A DNA stretch of 64,000 nucleotides from an uncultured virus (IMG/VR IMGVR_UViG_3300044675_001378) (IMGVR_UViG_3300044675_001378); one strand, 5' to 3'; counted from the stretch's first letter, positions 6,925 through 16,641 are shown. The notes: generated by a model not told the origin, from the sequence alone. Program-made: numbers and translations.

Positions 6925-9393
6925 ATGGCAACGAACATCGACAAAGCACTCTTTCAGCAACCACAGGGCATCGACGCATTGGCCGAAGATGAGCAGGGCA
7001 TTGAAATTGAGATTGTTGATCCTGAATCGGTGAGCATTGAAGGCCCGGGGTTTGCCATTGAGTTGGCCAAGGTTGAGGCCGAGAACGACTTTGATGTCAA
7101 TCTGGCCGAAGAGATGGACGAGAGCGCCCTTGGGTCAATGGCCGGGGACTTAGCCGAAGACATTGACAACGACCGCAACTCGCGCAAGGAGTGGGAGAAA
7201 GCGTACACGGAAGGGCTGAAGCTGCTGGGCTTGCAGGTCGAAGAGCGCACAGAGCCTTGGAACGGCGCGTCTGGTGTGTTCCACCCGATGATTACTGAGG
7301 CCGTGGTCAGGTTCCAGTCAGAGGCAATCACGGAGTCGTTCCCCGCCCAAGGGCCGGTGCGCACGAAGATCATCGGTAAAGAGACTCCGGAGAAGCAGCA
7401 AGCTGCGCGGCGGGTTGAGGCCGACATGAACTACGAGCTGACAGACGTGATGAAAGAGTTCCGGCCAGAGCACGAGCGCATGTTGTGGTCGCTGCCAGCC
7501 ACAGGCTCGGCGTTCAAGAAGGTGTACTACGACCCCAATTTGGGACGGCAGGTGTCGATGTTTGTACCCGCAGAGGACATCCTCTTGCCATACGGCACGA
7601 CCGACATGGACACTTGCTATCGCTTGACACACGTCATGCGCAAGACCAAGAACGACATCATCAAGCTCCAGCAAGCAGGCTTTTACCGCGACATCGATCT
7701 GGGCGACCCCACACGCGAGCAGACCAACATTGAGAAAGCCAAGGACAAAGAGACCGGCTTCAGCGATCTGAACGACGACCGTTACGTCTTGATGGAGTGC
7801 CACGTTGACTTGGACCTCAAGGGGTTTGAAGACAAGGACGACGACGGCGAGCCAACAGGCATTGCGCTGCCGTACGTAATTACAATCATTAAGGGGACCA
7901 ACGATGTACTGTCCATTCGACGCAATTGGCGCGAAGATGACGAGCTGCACCTCAAGCGCCAGCACTTCGTTCACTACCAATACGTACCCGGCTTCGGTGC
8001 TTATGGCTTTGGACTATTCCATCTCATCGGGGGATTTGCCAAGTCGGCCACCAGTATCATGCGCCAGCTTGTGGACGCCGGGACACTATCGAATCTACCC
8101 GGGGGCCTCAAGACTCGCGGACTTCGGATCAAGGGTGATGACACTCCGATTGCCCCCGGCGAGTTCCGGGACGTAGACATCGGCTCAGGCGCACTGCGGG
8201 ACAACATCCTGCCGCTGCCATATAAAGAGCCGTCGGCTGTTTTGTACAGTTTATTGGGCACCATCGTTGAGGAAGGTCGCCGCTTCGCAGCTACTGCGGA
8301 CATGAAGGTTGCCGACATGTCGGCCAACGCTCCGGTGGGTACAACTCTGGCTCTACTGGAGCGTCAGTTAAAAGTCATGTCGGCTGTGCAGGCGCGTATG
8401 CACTACGCGTTCAAACAAGAGCTGCGCCTCTTGGCCGGTCTGATCCGTGACTACACAGACCCCGCGTATGACTACGAGCCGGACCGTGGTGGACGCAGAG
8501 CCAAGGCAGAAGACTACAACCACGTAGACATCATCCCTGTGTCGGACCCCAACGCGGCAACCATGAGCCAGCGTGTGGTGCAGTACCAAGCCGTTATCCA
8601 GATGGCGCAGATGGCCCCCGAGATTTATGACCTGCCCTTGTTGCACCGCAACATGCTGGAGGTGCTGGGCATCAAGAACGCCGACAAGCTCGTGCCGCTG
8701 CCAGACGACCAGAAGCCAAGAGACCCTGTGTCCGAGAACATGATGGTGCTTAAAAGTGAGCCGGTCAAAGCGTTCCTGTATCAAGACCATGAGGCGCACA
8801 TCAAGGTACACATGTCAGCAATGCAGGACCCGATCATCATGCAGTTGATTGGCCAGAACCCCAAGGCCGCGATGATCCAAGCGGCCATGATGGCGCACGT
8901 TGCTGAGCACGTTGGTTTTGCGTACCGTCAGAAAATTGAGCAGCAGCTTGGCATCCCCCTGCCGCCGGAAGACGAGAAACTCCCGCCACAGGTCGAGGTT
9001 GCACTGTCCGCCATGATGGCGCAGGCTGCGCAGCAGGTTCTCCAACAGAGCCAAGCGCAGCAAGCCCAGCAACAGGCTCAGCAGCAAGCCCAAGACCCCG
9101 TGCTCCAGCTTCAGCAGCAGGAGTTGCAGATCAAGCAGAACGAGTTGGCGCTCAAAGACAAGAAGATCACTATCGATGCCGCCGCCCGTGCGGACGAGCT
9201 GGACCTCAAAGAAAAGGCGTTGGCTGCAAAGATGGAGTTGGACGGCTTCAAGGCGGGCCAGCAGGCCACGCAGGCCGAAAAGAAGTTGCAGTCCGACCAA
9301 GAACGAGAAGGTGTCCGCATGGGCATCGACATCGCAAGAAGTCGCCAACAGGCGATGCAGAAAAACCAACCACCGAAAGGCCCGGCCAAATAA
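6925..9393 (+). CDS. portal protein (podovirus type, Gln-rich C-terminal barrel)
   Basis: 822 aa after terL; GSAFKKVYYD, GFGAYGFGL motifs; long coiled-coil tail. Confidence 0.9.
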   Translation: MATNIDKALFQQPQGIDALAEDEQGIEIEIVDPESVSIEGPGFAIELAKVEAENDFDVNLAEEMDESALGSMAGDLAEDIDNDRNSRKEWEKAYTEGLKLLGLQVEERTEPWNGASGVFHPMITEAVVRFQSEAITESFPAQGPVRTKIIGKETPEKQQAARRVEADMNYELTDVMKEFRPEHERMLWSLPATGSAFKKVYYDPNLGRQVSMFVPAEDILLPYGTTDMDTCYRLTHVMRKTKNDIIKLQQAGFYRDIDLGDPTREQTNIEKAKDKETGFSDLNDDRYVLMECHVDLDLKGFEDKDDDGEPTGIALPYVITIIKGTNDVLSIRRNWREDDELHLKRQHFVHYQYVPGFGAYGFGLFHLIGGFAKSATSIMRQLVDAGTLSNLPGGLKTRGLRIKGDDTPIAPGEFRDVDIGSGALRDNILPLPYKEPSAVLYSLLGTIVEEGRRFAATADMKVADMSANAPVGTTLALLERQLKVMSAVQARMHYAFKQELRLLAGLIRDYTDPAYDYEPDRGGRRAKAEDYNHVDIIPVSDPNAATMSQRVVQYQAVIQMAQMAPEIYDLPLLHRNMLEVLGIKNADKLVPLPDDQKPRDPVSENMMVLKSEPVKAFLYQDHEAHIKVHMSAMQDPIIMQLIGQNPKAAMIQAAMMAHVAEHVGFAYRQKIEQQLGIPLPPEDEKLPPQVEVALSAMMAQAAQQVLQQSQAQQAQQQAQQQAQDPVLQLQQQELQIKQNELALKDKKITIDAAARADELDLKEKALAAKMELDGFKAGQQATQAEKKLQSDQEREGVRMGIDIARSRQQAMQKNQPPKGPAK

Positions 9394-9588
9394 ATGATCC
9401 AAGACTTCGCACGCGTATTGCGCGAACAAATACGCAAAGACATGAATAACTACGCTGACGACGCCGCCAGCGGAGCATGTCGCTCATTTGAGGAATATCA
9501 AAAACTCTGCGGAACCATTCAGGGTCTGGCTATTGCAGAGCGTTATGTACTCGACCTTGCAAAGAAAGTAGAGCAATCAGATGAGTGA
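9394..9588 (+). CDS. conserved small hypothetical protein
   Basis: 64 aa between portal and GroES; EYQKLCGTIQGL. Confidence 0.75.
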   Translation: MIQDFARVLREQIRKDMNNYADDAASGACRSFEEYQKLCGTIQGLAIAERYVLDLAKKVEQSDE

Positions 9589-10006
9589 AATTCTTTTGCC
9601 GCCGGGTATTACCTTACCCAAACACATCCAGCCCCTAGATAAACCCGAGGAGGACGGCGACAAAGGGTCCGCCTTGCCTGTACCGACGGGCTACAAGATG
9701 TTGTGTATCGTGCCTGCCGTGGACGAAAAACTCGCCGGGACATCTCTTGACCTTATCCGAGATGCCGCGACCATGCGCCTTGAAGAGAGCGCCACAACCG
9801 TGCTTTGGGTTATGAAGCTCGGGCCAGATGCGTACAAAGACACCGCCAAGTTCCCATCAGGTCCGTGGTGCAAGGAAGGTGACTTTGTGCTCGTGCGTAC
9901 CTACACCGGTACGCGTTTTAGGGTGTTTGGTAAAGAGTTCAGAGTATTGAACGACGACCAGATTGAATGTGTTGTGCAAGACCCCCGTGGGTATACCCGC
10001 GCTTGA
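9581..10006 (+). CDS. groES: GroES-like co-chaperonin
   Basis: PTGYKML start, LGPDAY..WCKEGDFV..YTG..EFRVLNDDQI Cpn10-like motifs. Confidence 0.8.
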   Translation: MSEILLPPGITLPKHIQPLDKPEEDGDKGSALPVPTGYKMLCIVPAVDEKLAGTSLDLIRDAATMRLEESATTVLWVMKLGPDAYKDTAKFPSGPWCKEGDFVLVRTYTGTRFRVFGKEFRVLNDDQIECVVQDPRGYTRA

Positions 10007-10016
10007 AGGAGCAAAA

Positions 10017-10961
10017 ATGCCTGCTTTTAAATTTCCTGATGAGATTGAAGACAAAGACGTTGTGGTTTCACAACAAGAAGACGGTGATGTCGAAGTTGAA
10101 ATTGTTGATGACACACCGGAGCGCGACAAGGGACGAAAACCCTTAGACCGGGAGGTGGCTGACCCCACAGATGCTGAGATTGAAACCTACACGCGTGGGG
10201 CGCAGGAACGCATCAAAGAGTTGACACACGCCCGTCACGACGAACGTCGAGCAAAAGAGGCGCTCCAGAGAGAAAAGCAAGAGCTTGAGCGTCTTGCACA
10301 ACACATGCACTCGGAGAACCAAAAGCTCAAACAGTATGTGGACAGCGGTTCCCAGCAGTATGGGGAGATGGCAAAAACCGCAGCCGAAGCTGAGTTGGAC
10401 AAAGCCCGCCGAGATTACAAAACGGCGCAGGAAGCGTTTGACACGGACGGCATCATTGCGGCGCAGGAAGCCCTGACTGAAGCCAAAATGAAAATTGCGT
10501 CAGTAAAAAACTTTCGTCCAACTGCTTTACAACAGGAAGAAAGTGTTGTACAAACTAGGCAACCCGCACCCCAACCGGTGCAACCCGACGAAAAAACCCT
10601 GCGCTGGCAGGCCAAAAACCAGTGGTTCGGGGCCGAGGGGTTCGAAGAAGTTACCAGCTTTGCACTAGGGCTGCACCAGAAACTAGTCAATAACGGGGTC
10701 GATCCCCGCAGCAGTGAGTATTTCGAGCGGATTGACGCTCGCGTAAAGTCTACGTTTCCTGAAGTCTTTGGCGATGCTGAAGAGCGTAAGGTAACGGATT
10801 CCCCAAAAAGGCCAACTTCGGTTGTTGCCCCAGCAAATCGCTCTACGGGCGCAAGAAAAGTACAACTGACACCCACGCAGGTAGCGTTGGCGAAGAAATA
10901 TGGCCTTACCCCGCAGCAGTATGCAAACGAAGTAGCAAAATTGGAGAAATTAAATGGCTGA
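10017..10961 (+). CDS. putative capsid scaffolding protein
   Basis: GAAGGAG RBS; acidic N-terminus, coiled coil, C-terminal LTPTQVALAKKYGLTPQQYA; upstream of capsid genes. Confidence 0.65.
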   Translation: MPAFKFPDEIEDKDVVVSQQEDGDVEVEIVDDTPERDKGRKPLDREVADPTDAEIETYTRGAQERIKELTHARHDERRAKEALQREKQELERLAQHMHSENQKLKQYVDSGSQQYGEMAKTAAEAELDKARRDYKTAQEAFDTDGIIAAQEALTEAKMKIASVKNFRPTALQQEESVVQTRQPAPQPVQPDEKTLRWQAKNQWFGAEGFEEVTSFALGLHQKLVNNGVDPRSSEYFERIDARVKSTFPEVFGDAEERKVTDSPKRPTSVVAPANRSTGARKVQLTPTQVALAKKYGLTPQQYANEVAKLEKLNG

Positions 10962-11409
10962 AACAATAAACCGAAGTCCCCGTGAACTCGACTCACGCGC
11001 AAAAACAACTCGTTATGTGTACACACCTTCGAGTTCCTTGCCTAATCCGACACCTGATCCCAATTACAGGTATCGGTATATCATGACTAGCATAAATGGG
11101 CAGGCGCAGCCTACCCATGTATCAAAAATGATGCGAGAAGGCTGGGAACCCGTGAAGGCGGTGGACCATCCGGAGTTGCTTCTGGAAGGTAGTGCTAAGA
11201 CCGGAAACGTAGAGACAGGTGGCCTCATGCTTTGCAAACAGGCCATTGATCGCGTACAAGTACGGAACGAGTATTACGACCAACAAGCGGCAAACCAGAT
11301 GGCCTCTGTAGATAACAGTTTTATGAAAAATAATGACCCGCGCATGCCGTTGTTTGCTGACCGAAAGTCATCAACAACTCGTGGCGGATTTGGTTCAGGT
11401 TCAAAGTAA
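10954..11409 (+). CDS. conserved head-module hypothetical protein
   Basis: 151 aa; REGWEPV and GGLMLCK motifs. Confidence 0.75.
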   Translation: MAETINRSPRELDSRAKTTRYVYTPSSSLPNPTPDPNYRYRYIMTSINGQAQPTHVSKMMREGWEPVKAVDHPELLLEGSAKTGNVETGGLMLCKQAIDRVQVRNEYYDQQAANQMASVDNSFMKNNDPRMPLFADRKSSTTRGGFGSGSK

Positions 11410-11423
11410 CAAGGAGTCCTTAA

Positions 11424-12041
11424 ATGGCCGCTACCGCTTCCCCCTATGGGCTACGTCCCATTAATCGCGTTGATGGCATGCCCTATGCCGGTGCAACTCA
11501 GACGTTTCTGATTGACCCGGCTGGCGAATCCACCAACATTTTCTATGGTCAAGTTGTCATTATTGGCTCGGACGGCTATCTAGCCATCTCCACCGCCACT
11601 GGTGCCGACATCACGACTAACAACCTTGGCGGCAACGGCATCGGTGCAATCGGCGTTTTCGTCGGCTGCGAATTTGTCAATGCACAAGGACAGGTGATTA
11701 ACTCGCAGTTCTACCCCTCCGGCACAACCGGCGTGGTTACGGCTAAGGTTATTACTGACCCAAGCGTTGCGTTCCAAGCACAGCTAGATGGTTCTGGCAC
11801 TCAATCAGTTTTGGGCACTAACACCTTCTTTGCCGCTGTACAGTCCACTTCTACAGGTTCTACCCGTACAGGTAACTCGACCAGCGCTTTGGATGCCTCC
11901 GTGGTCACAACTGCTGCGGCTTTCCGTATTGTGGGCTTTGTTGAGCTGGAAGGCTTCTCGGAAATTGGCGACGCGTTCACTGATGTGTTGGTTAAATTCA
12001 ACCCCAGTGCCCACTCGTATTTAAACAACGTCGGCCTGTAA
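11424..12041 (+). CDS. putative capsid decoration/auxiliary protein
   Basis: 205 aa, beta-rich, strong RBS, immediately before MCP. Confidence 0.65.
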   Translation: MAATASPYGLRPINRVDGMPYAGATQTFLIDPAGESTNIFYGQVVIIGSDGYLAISTATGADITTNNLGGNGIGAIGVFVGCEFVNAQGQVINSQFYPSGTTGVVTAKVITDPSVAFQAQLDGSGTQSVLGTNTFFAAVQSTSTGSTRTGNSTSALDASVVTTAAAFRIVGFVELEGFSEIGDAFTDVLVKFNPSAHSYLNNVGL

Positions 12042-12052
12042 GGAGTTAAATC

Positions 12053-12982
12053 ATGGCAATTTCACGCGCACAACTACTTAAAGAACTCCTCCCGGGTTTG
12101 AACGCACTGTTTGGTTTGGAGTACGCTCGCTACGGCGAAGAGCACAAAGAACTGTACGAAACAGAATCTTCTGAGCGTTCGTTCGAAGAAGAGACCAAGC
12201 TGTCCGGTTTCGGCGCTGCACCTGTTAAAAACGAGGGTTCGTCCATCGCTTTCGACAACGCGCAGGAAGCCTTTACTGCACGCTACACCCACGAGACCAT
12301 TGCTCTGGGCTTCTCCATCACTGAAGAAGCAGTGGAAGACAACCTGTACGACAGTCTGTCTGCCCGCTACACCAAGGCTCTGGCTCGCGGTATGGCTTAC
12401 ACCAAGCAGGTTAAGGCCGCTGCGGTTCTGAACACAGGTTTCTCTGGCACCGCTCTTGGCGGTGACGGCGTGTCTCTGTTCGGTTACAACGCCTCTGCCG
12501 TTTTGGTCGGCCATCCGCTGGTTGGTGGTGGCGTAAACAACAACACCCCATCCACACCCTCTGATTTGAATGAGACTTCTTTGGAAGCCGCAACCATTCA
12601 GATCGCTGCTTGGGTGGACGAGCGTGGTCTGTTGATCGCTTCCAAGCCTGTCAAACTGGTGATCCCACCATCTTTGATGTTCGTGGCAAAGCGTTTGCTG
12701 GACACCGAACTGCGAGTTGCTACCGCTGACAACGACATCAATGCGTTGAAGTCAATGGGCACCATCTCTGCTGGTTACACCGTCAACCACTATCTGACCG
12801 ATCCGAATGCTTGGTTCCTGACCACAGACGTTCCTAACGGTTTGAAGCACTTCGAGCGTGCTGCGATGACAACATCGATGGATGGTGACTTCGACACCGG
12901 CAACGTGCGTTACAAAGCCCGCGAGCGTTACAGCTTCGGCTTCTCTGACCCACTGGGTATCTTCGGATCACCCGGCGCGTAA
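12053..12982 (+). CDS. major capsid protein (Mu gpT-like family)
   Basis: MAISRAQLLKELLPGLNALFGLEY start, DFDTGNVRYKARERYSFG end; strongly biased codons; followed by terminator. Confidence 0.9.
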   Translation: MAISRAQLLKELLPGLNALFGLEYARYGEEHKELYETESSERSFEEETKLSGFGAAPVKNEGSSIAFDNAQEAFTARYTHETIALGFSITEEAVEDNLYDSLSARYTKALARGMAYTKQVKAAAVLNTGFSGTALGGDGVSLFGYNASAVLVGHPLVGGGVNNNTPSTPSDLNETSLEAATIQIAAWVDERGLLIASKPVKLVIPPSLMFVAKRLLDTELRVATADNDINALKSMGTISAGYTVNHYLTDPNAWFLTTDVPNGLKHFERAAMTTSMDGDFDTGNVRYKARERYSFGFSDPLGIFGSPGA

Positions 12983-12991
12983 GGGTAAATG

Positions 12992-13023
12992 AGAAAAGGG
13001 GGCCTTGTGCCCCCTTTTCTTTT
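12992..13023 (+). terminator. intrinsic terminator after MCP
   Basis: AGAAAAGGGGGC-cttgt-GCCCCCTTTTCT then TTT. Confidence 0.85.
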
Positions 13024-13040
13024 GGTGTATATTGCAGCTA

Positions 13041-13115
13041 TTCCGGGCTTTCCGGTGTATCAGACAGTCCCGGCTGACGACATGCAGACTGATACGCCTA
13101 ACTTGCATGTAAGGA
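13041..13115 (+). ncRNA. kissing-loop structured RNA downstream of MCP (candidate Mu-gpT-DE motif)
   Basis: CCGGG/CCCGG and ACATGCA/TGCATGT hairpins whose loops pair over 10 bp (GGTGTATCAG/CTGATACGCC). Confidence 0.65.
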
Positions 13116-13122
13116 CCATATC

Positions 13123-13695
13123 ATGGCATTGACCACATTCTCCGGCCCAGTTGCTTCGCAAAACGGCTTTATCACCACGATTTCCAATTCTTCCACTGGA
13201 GCATCCGCCTTCAATGCAAGCACGACCGCCGTCACGATGACGGGCGTTGGCGGCACAGGCGGACGCACCTTGTTCGAGATGGGCACTAACGTTGCTCTGG
13301 GTTCGTTCTCTAACGCTCTGAAAGCCCAAGTCACTTACGGTGCTACTGGTCGCACGACTGGTCTGGGTTCAGCCTTTGTTGCTGAGTTGACCCTTTCTGC
13401 TGGTACTTCTTCCGGTACCTACTCCCCTGTTGAAATCGAGTTGAACGCTGATACTGGCGCTTCTACCGGCACAGCAACTTCGCTGATCTACGCTTCGGTT
13501 AACGGTACAGGCAAAGCGACTGTCGATACCAACGGCTACCTGCTGAATCTGGCGGGCGTAACTGTTGCTGCTGCCAAATTGGCTGCCACTGGCACAATTA
13601 CCAACGTCAACGAAATTACGCACGGCCTTCGCGTGAAGATTGCTGGTAGTGACTATTACCTGCTGGCCGCTACTGCCGCTAACTTCAACGCCTAA
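13123..13695 (+). CDS. putative virion structural protein (T/G/S-rich)
   Basis: 190 aa; MALTTFSGPV start, RBS AAGGA. Confidence 0.75.
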   Translation: MALTTFSGPVASQNGFITTISNSSTGASAFNASTTAVTMTGVGGTGGRTLFEMGTNVALGSFSNALKAQVTYGATGRTTGLGSAFVAELTLSAGTSSGTYSPVEIELNADTGASTGTATSLIYASVNGTGKATVDTNGYLLNLAGVTVAAAKLAATGTITNVNEITHGLRVKIAGSDYYLLAATAANFNA

Positions 13696-13859
13696 TGGCC
13701 GCGCTGGATAGGGACTACCTGTTGGGTTTGAGGGGTCAGGCACTTGAGCAACGGCAAAAGTATCTGGACCTTATCCAACAGGCTAACGGTGCAATTGCAA
13801 TGGTGGATGTTTTGTTGACCGAATTAGATCGACCATCAGCAGAACATAACGAGGATTAA
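13695..13859 (+). CDS. hypothetical protein (54 aa, coiled coil)
   Basis: not in track; TAATG coupling; MAALDRDYLL...ANGAIAMVDVLL. Confidence 0.6.
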   Translation: MAALDRDYLLGLRGQALEQRQKYLDLIQQANGAIAMVDVLLTELDRPSAEHNED

Positions 13860-13861
13860 TC

Positions 13862-14377
13862 ATGACAATGCAATATGATGTAAAACAAGGCCATTTAAAC
13901 CAAAGCGGTTTCTTTGTAAAGTATCGTACTCGCGTTAAAGGCGTTTCGTTTTTTGGCGGCAGTGGAACTTTGGTTTTGTTTGATACAACCGCAGCTCCAG
14001 TCACTTCTAGCGTAACTTATGGTCGCAGCGGCACAACCGTGACGATTGGAAAAACTGCGCATGGGCTAACAACCGGCACTGTTGTTGGCATTCACTTTGA
14101 CAGTGGCTCAGGTGGCGCTGCCACTGATGGAAATTACCGCATTACCGTAACAACCGCAGATGCGTTTACGATCACAGACATCAATACTGGGAATATTACA
14201 GGTTCTCCGGCAGCGCTTTATGTCAGTGGCGCAAATCGTTGGCTGTTAACTTACGAAACTCACTCATCAGACGAGTTTCAAAATGCCCCTGTTATTCCCG
14301 GCGAAGGCGTACTGGCAGTTAATGGGATTTACGCCTATATGGACGCCATTGACGGAGCGCAGATTTATTATGGCTAA
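13862..14377 (+). CDS. putative virion protein with inserted beta domain (TAHGL.TG)
   Basis: 171 aa, GAGG RBS. Confidence 0.75.
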   Translation: MTMQYDVKQGHLNQSGFFVKYRTRVKGVSFFGGSGTLVLFDTTAAPVTSSVTYGRSGTTVTIGKTAHGLTTGTVVGIHFDSGSGGAATDGNYRITVTTADAFTITDINTGNITGSPAALYVSGANRWLLTYETHSSDEFQNAPVIPGEGVLAVNGIYAYMDAIDGAQIYYG

Positions 14378-14627
14378 AAAGAAAGGCCCAGTTCTCTCGG
14401 TTGGTCGCGGCGAAAAGCTGCCGGTCTCCAAGGGAGCGGGCTTGACTGCCAAAGGCCGTGCCAAATACAACGCAGCTACGGGTAGCAACCTGAAAGCTCC
14501 CCAGCCCCAAGGCGGCAAGCGCAAGGATTCGTTCTGCGCCCGTATGTCCGGGATGCCGGGTCCAATGAAAGACGAAAAGGGTAAGCCCACCCGCAAGGCG
14601 GCTGCTCTGAAAAGATGGAAGTGCTGA
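14370..14627 (+). CDS. small basic hypothetical protein
   Basis: MAKKKGP...GLTAKGRAKYN...SFCARMSG...ALKRWKC. Confidence 0.75.
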   Translation: MAKKKGPVLSVGRGEKLPVSKGAGLTAKGRAKYNAATGSNLKAPQPQGGKRKDSFCARMSGMPGPMKDEKGKPTRKAAALKRWKC

Positions 14628-14628
14628 C

Positions 14629-14877
14629 ATGACTGAAGACGCTATCCAAACAGCCCGTGAACTTGCTACGCATGCGTCCGACATCAAGCACTTGCAAGAT
14701 GACATGGACAAGATGCTGGAGAACATGAAGGCCATGCAGGCAACGCTGACAGCCATTGACAAAACGCTGTCTGAGGCTCGCGGTGGCTGGAAAGTTTTGA
14801 TGTTGGTTGGCGGAGCAAGTAGTGTCGTAGGCGCTGGTTTAGTTCAGCTTGTTAACTGGTACGCAGGCGGCAAGTAA
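14629..14877 (+). CDS. coiled-coil protein with C-terminal TM helix
   Basis: 82 aa; GGWKVLMLVGGASSVVGAGLV. Confidence 0.7.
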   Translation: MTEDAIQTARELATHASDIKHLQDDMDKMLENMKAMQATLTAIDKTLSEARGGWKVLMLVGGASSVVGAGLVQLVNWYAGGK

Positions 14878-15545
14878 TGTATCTGACAAGCAACATCCCG
14901 TACTTCAAATGCTGGGTGCGCAAAGAGTTTACGAATGCTCACCAGAAGTACCAAGGTGAGTTTATTCACGGGTTGGCAGTGGCGGTCACTACCATTCCTG
15001 ACAGAAGTTTGAGTTTTCAGATAATCTTCACTGGCCTTGAGGCCGAAGAGGGTGAGAACGTACATGGTGGGGCAATGTGGGCGAGGATGCCGCTTGCTGC
15101 GCTTGTTGGAGATATTCCGCTGGAAGTGTGGCCTGAACGTATGTTGAACCACTTGTCGCAGCCTTGGGACTGCAACTCATACAATCACTCCATCATCAGC
15201 TTGGAGCGTGCAAAGCCTTCTCCGTGGATGTGCAAGATAGGCGGGGAGTTTTACACCGGCAGGTATTTGTTCACTGTAGATTACGCAGAGAGCGATGTTT
15301 CTGAAGACCCGTCACAGCACAAGCAGAGTCATGTGCTGATATTGACGGACGCAGGTAAGTGGACTGGAAATGTTGTGGCGCTGCCCAACAACCGGGTCCG
15401 GGTAACAAGTCCAGCCTATTGGCAAACTGGACAGGGAGCGCCTGATTTCAGGCCAAACCAGTGGATTCACTGTGCGGAGCAAGATGACTCGTACATGGAT
15501 GCGGAGCAGACGTTTAACAACCTTTATCAGGAGCAAGAGAAATGA
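14877..15545 (+). CDS. conserved phage hypothetical protein
   Basis: 222 aa; QPWDC, YLFTVDY, QHKQSHV, LPNNR motifs. Confidence 0.8.
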   Translation: MYLTSNIPYFKCWVRKEFTNAHQKYQGEFIHGLAVAVTTIPDRSLSFQIIFTGLEAEEGENVHGGAMWARMPLAALVGDIPLEVWPERMLNHLSQPWDCNSYNHSIISLERAKPSPWMCKIGGEFYTGRYLFTVDYAESDVSEDPSQHKQSHVLILTDAGKWTGNVVALPNNRVRVTSPAYWQTGQGAPDFRPNQWIHCAEQDDSYMDAEQTFNNLYQEQEK

Positions 15546-15832
15546 TGAAATCAAAAATGATGGCCAGTGGCGGCATGATGAAATCCAAAATGATGGCCAG
15601 TGGCGGCGCTATGCCCATGAAAGACGGCAAGCCTGCTTTTGTTGGCGACGGCGTAGGCAAGATGAAAAAAGGCGGCATGCCACCAGCATTGGCCAAACAC
15701 GCAGCAAAACCCGCTTCCAAGGCCCACAAAGGTCTGGCTGGTGGCGGCATGACCAAAATGGGCGCAGTAAAAACGTCTTCTGGTCGTGATGGTATTGCTG
15801 TTAAAGGCAAGACCAAAGGCCGGATAGTTTAA
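15542..15832 (+). CDS. small basic protein with repeated MASGG motifs and RDGIAVKGKTKG tail
   Basis: 96 aa; 33-bp tandem duplication at 5' end. Confidence 0.75.
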   Translation: MMKSKMMASGGMMKSKMMASGGAMPMKDGKPAFVGDGVGKMKKGGMPPALAKHAAKPASKAHKGLAGGGMTKMGAVKTSSGRDGIAVKGKTKGRIV

Positions 15833-15834
15833 AC

Positions 15835-16125
15835 ATGATGGCCAGCCGTGGCATGGGGGACATCAACCCCAGCAAAATGCCCAAGGGCAAGAAGATCACC
15901 CGCAAGGATGATCCGAACAAGGTTGACTTGTTTGCTAAAGGTGGCAAGGTGAAGTCCAAGGTCAATGAGGCTGGCAACTACACCAAGCCTGAGCTACGTA
16001 AACGCATCTTTAACGCCGTGAAGGCAGAGGCCACAGCGGGCACTGGCGCAGGACAATGGAGCGCCCGTAAGGCGCAAATGGTGGCGCAGCGTTACAAAAA
16101 AGCTGGCGGCGGGTACCGTGACTAA
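15835..16125 (+). CDS. small basic protein (FAKGG motif)
   Basis: 96 aa; NYTKPELR, GQWSARKAQ. Confidence 0.75.
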   Translation: MMASRGMGDINPSKMPKGKKITRKDDPNKVDLFAKGGKVKSKVNEAGNYTKPELRKRIFNAVKAEATAGTGAGQWSARKAQMVAQRYKKAGGGYRD

Positions 16126-16459
16126 ATGGTCAGACAAGCGCAAAAAGGCAATTAACTGTGATGCCCCCAAAGGGTTCTCGGAGAAAGCCCACTGCGCTGG
16201 AAAGAAGAAGATGGCAACAGGCGGCTTGGCTAAACCGCAACAGTCTCTAAAGGACTGGGGCAAACAAGACTGGAGAACCAAAAGTGGTAAAAAATCTTCT
16301 GAAACAGGTGAGCGATACCTTCCAAGCGCTGCGATTAAAAGTCTCAGCCCTGCTGAGTACGCTGCGACGACCAAAGCCAAGCGGGCAGGAAAAGCCGCCG
16401 GGAAACAGTTCGTAGCGCAGCCCAAGCGTATTGCAAAGAAAACAGCGGGGTTTAGATAA
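16118..16459 (+). CDS. small basic protein (MATGG motif)
   Basis: 113 aa; GTG start overlapping previous stop; TGERYLP. Confidence 0.75.
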   Translation: MTKWSDKRKKAINCDAPKGFSEKAHCAGKKKMATGGLAKPQQSLKDWGKQDWRTKSGKKSSETGERYLPSAAIKSLSPAEYAATTKAKRAGKAAGKQFVAQPKRIAKKTAGFR

Positions 16460-16638
16460 TGGCTGGTAAGAAATTTATCCAAGAAGCAATCAAAAAACCC
16501 GGTGCATTACGCGCCGCGCTTGGTGCTAAAGAAGGCAAGCCGATTCCAGCCAAAAAGCTGGCGGCTGCGGCCAAAGCCCCCGGTAAACTAGGCCAACGTG
16601 CCCGGTTTGCTAAAACGCTCAGAGGCTTTAAGAAGTAA
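16459..16638 (+). CDS. small basic protein (59 aa)
   Basis: not in track; TAATG coupling; IQEAIKKPGALRAALG...RARFAKTL. Confidence 0.7.
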   Translation: MAGKKFIQEAIKKPGALRAALGAKEGKPIPAKKLAAAAKAPGKLGQRARFAKTLRGFKK

Positions 16639-16641
16639 CCT

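Noticed and set aside
13074..13115. Hammerhead ribozyme (CUGACGA core)
   Set aside because: No GAAA after the following stem (UAAG instead) and no stem III/cleavage triplet; a kissing-loop fold explains the region.
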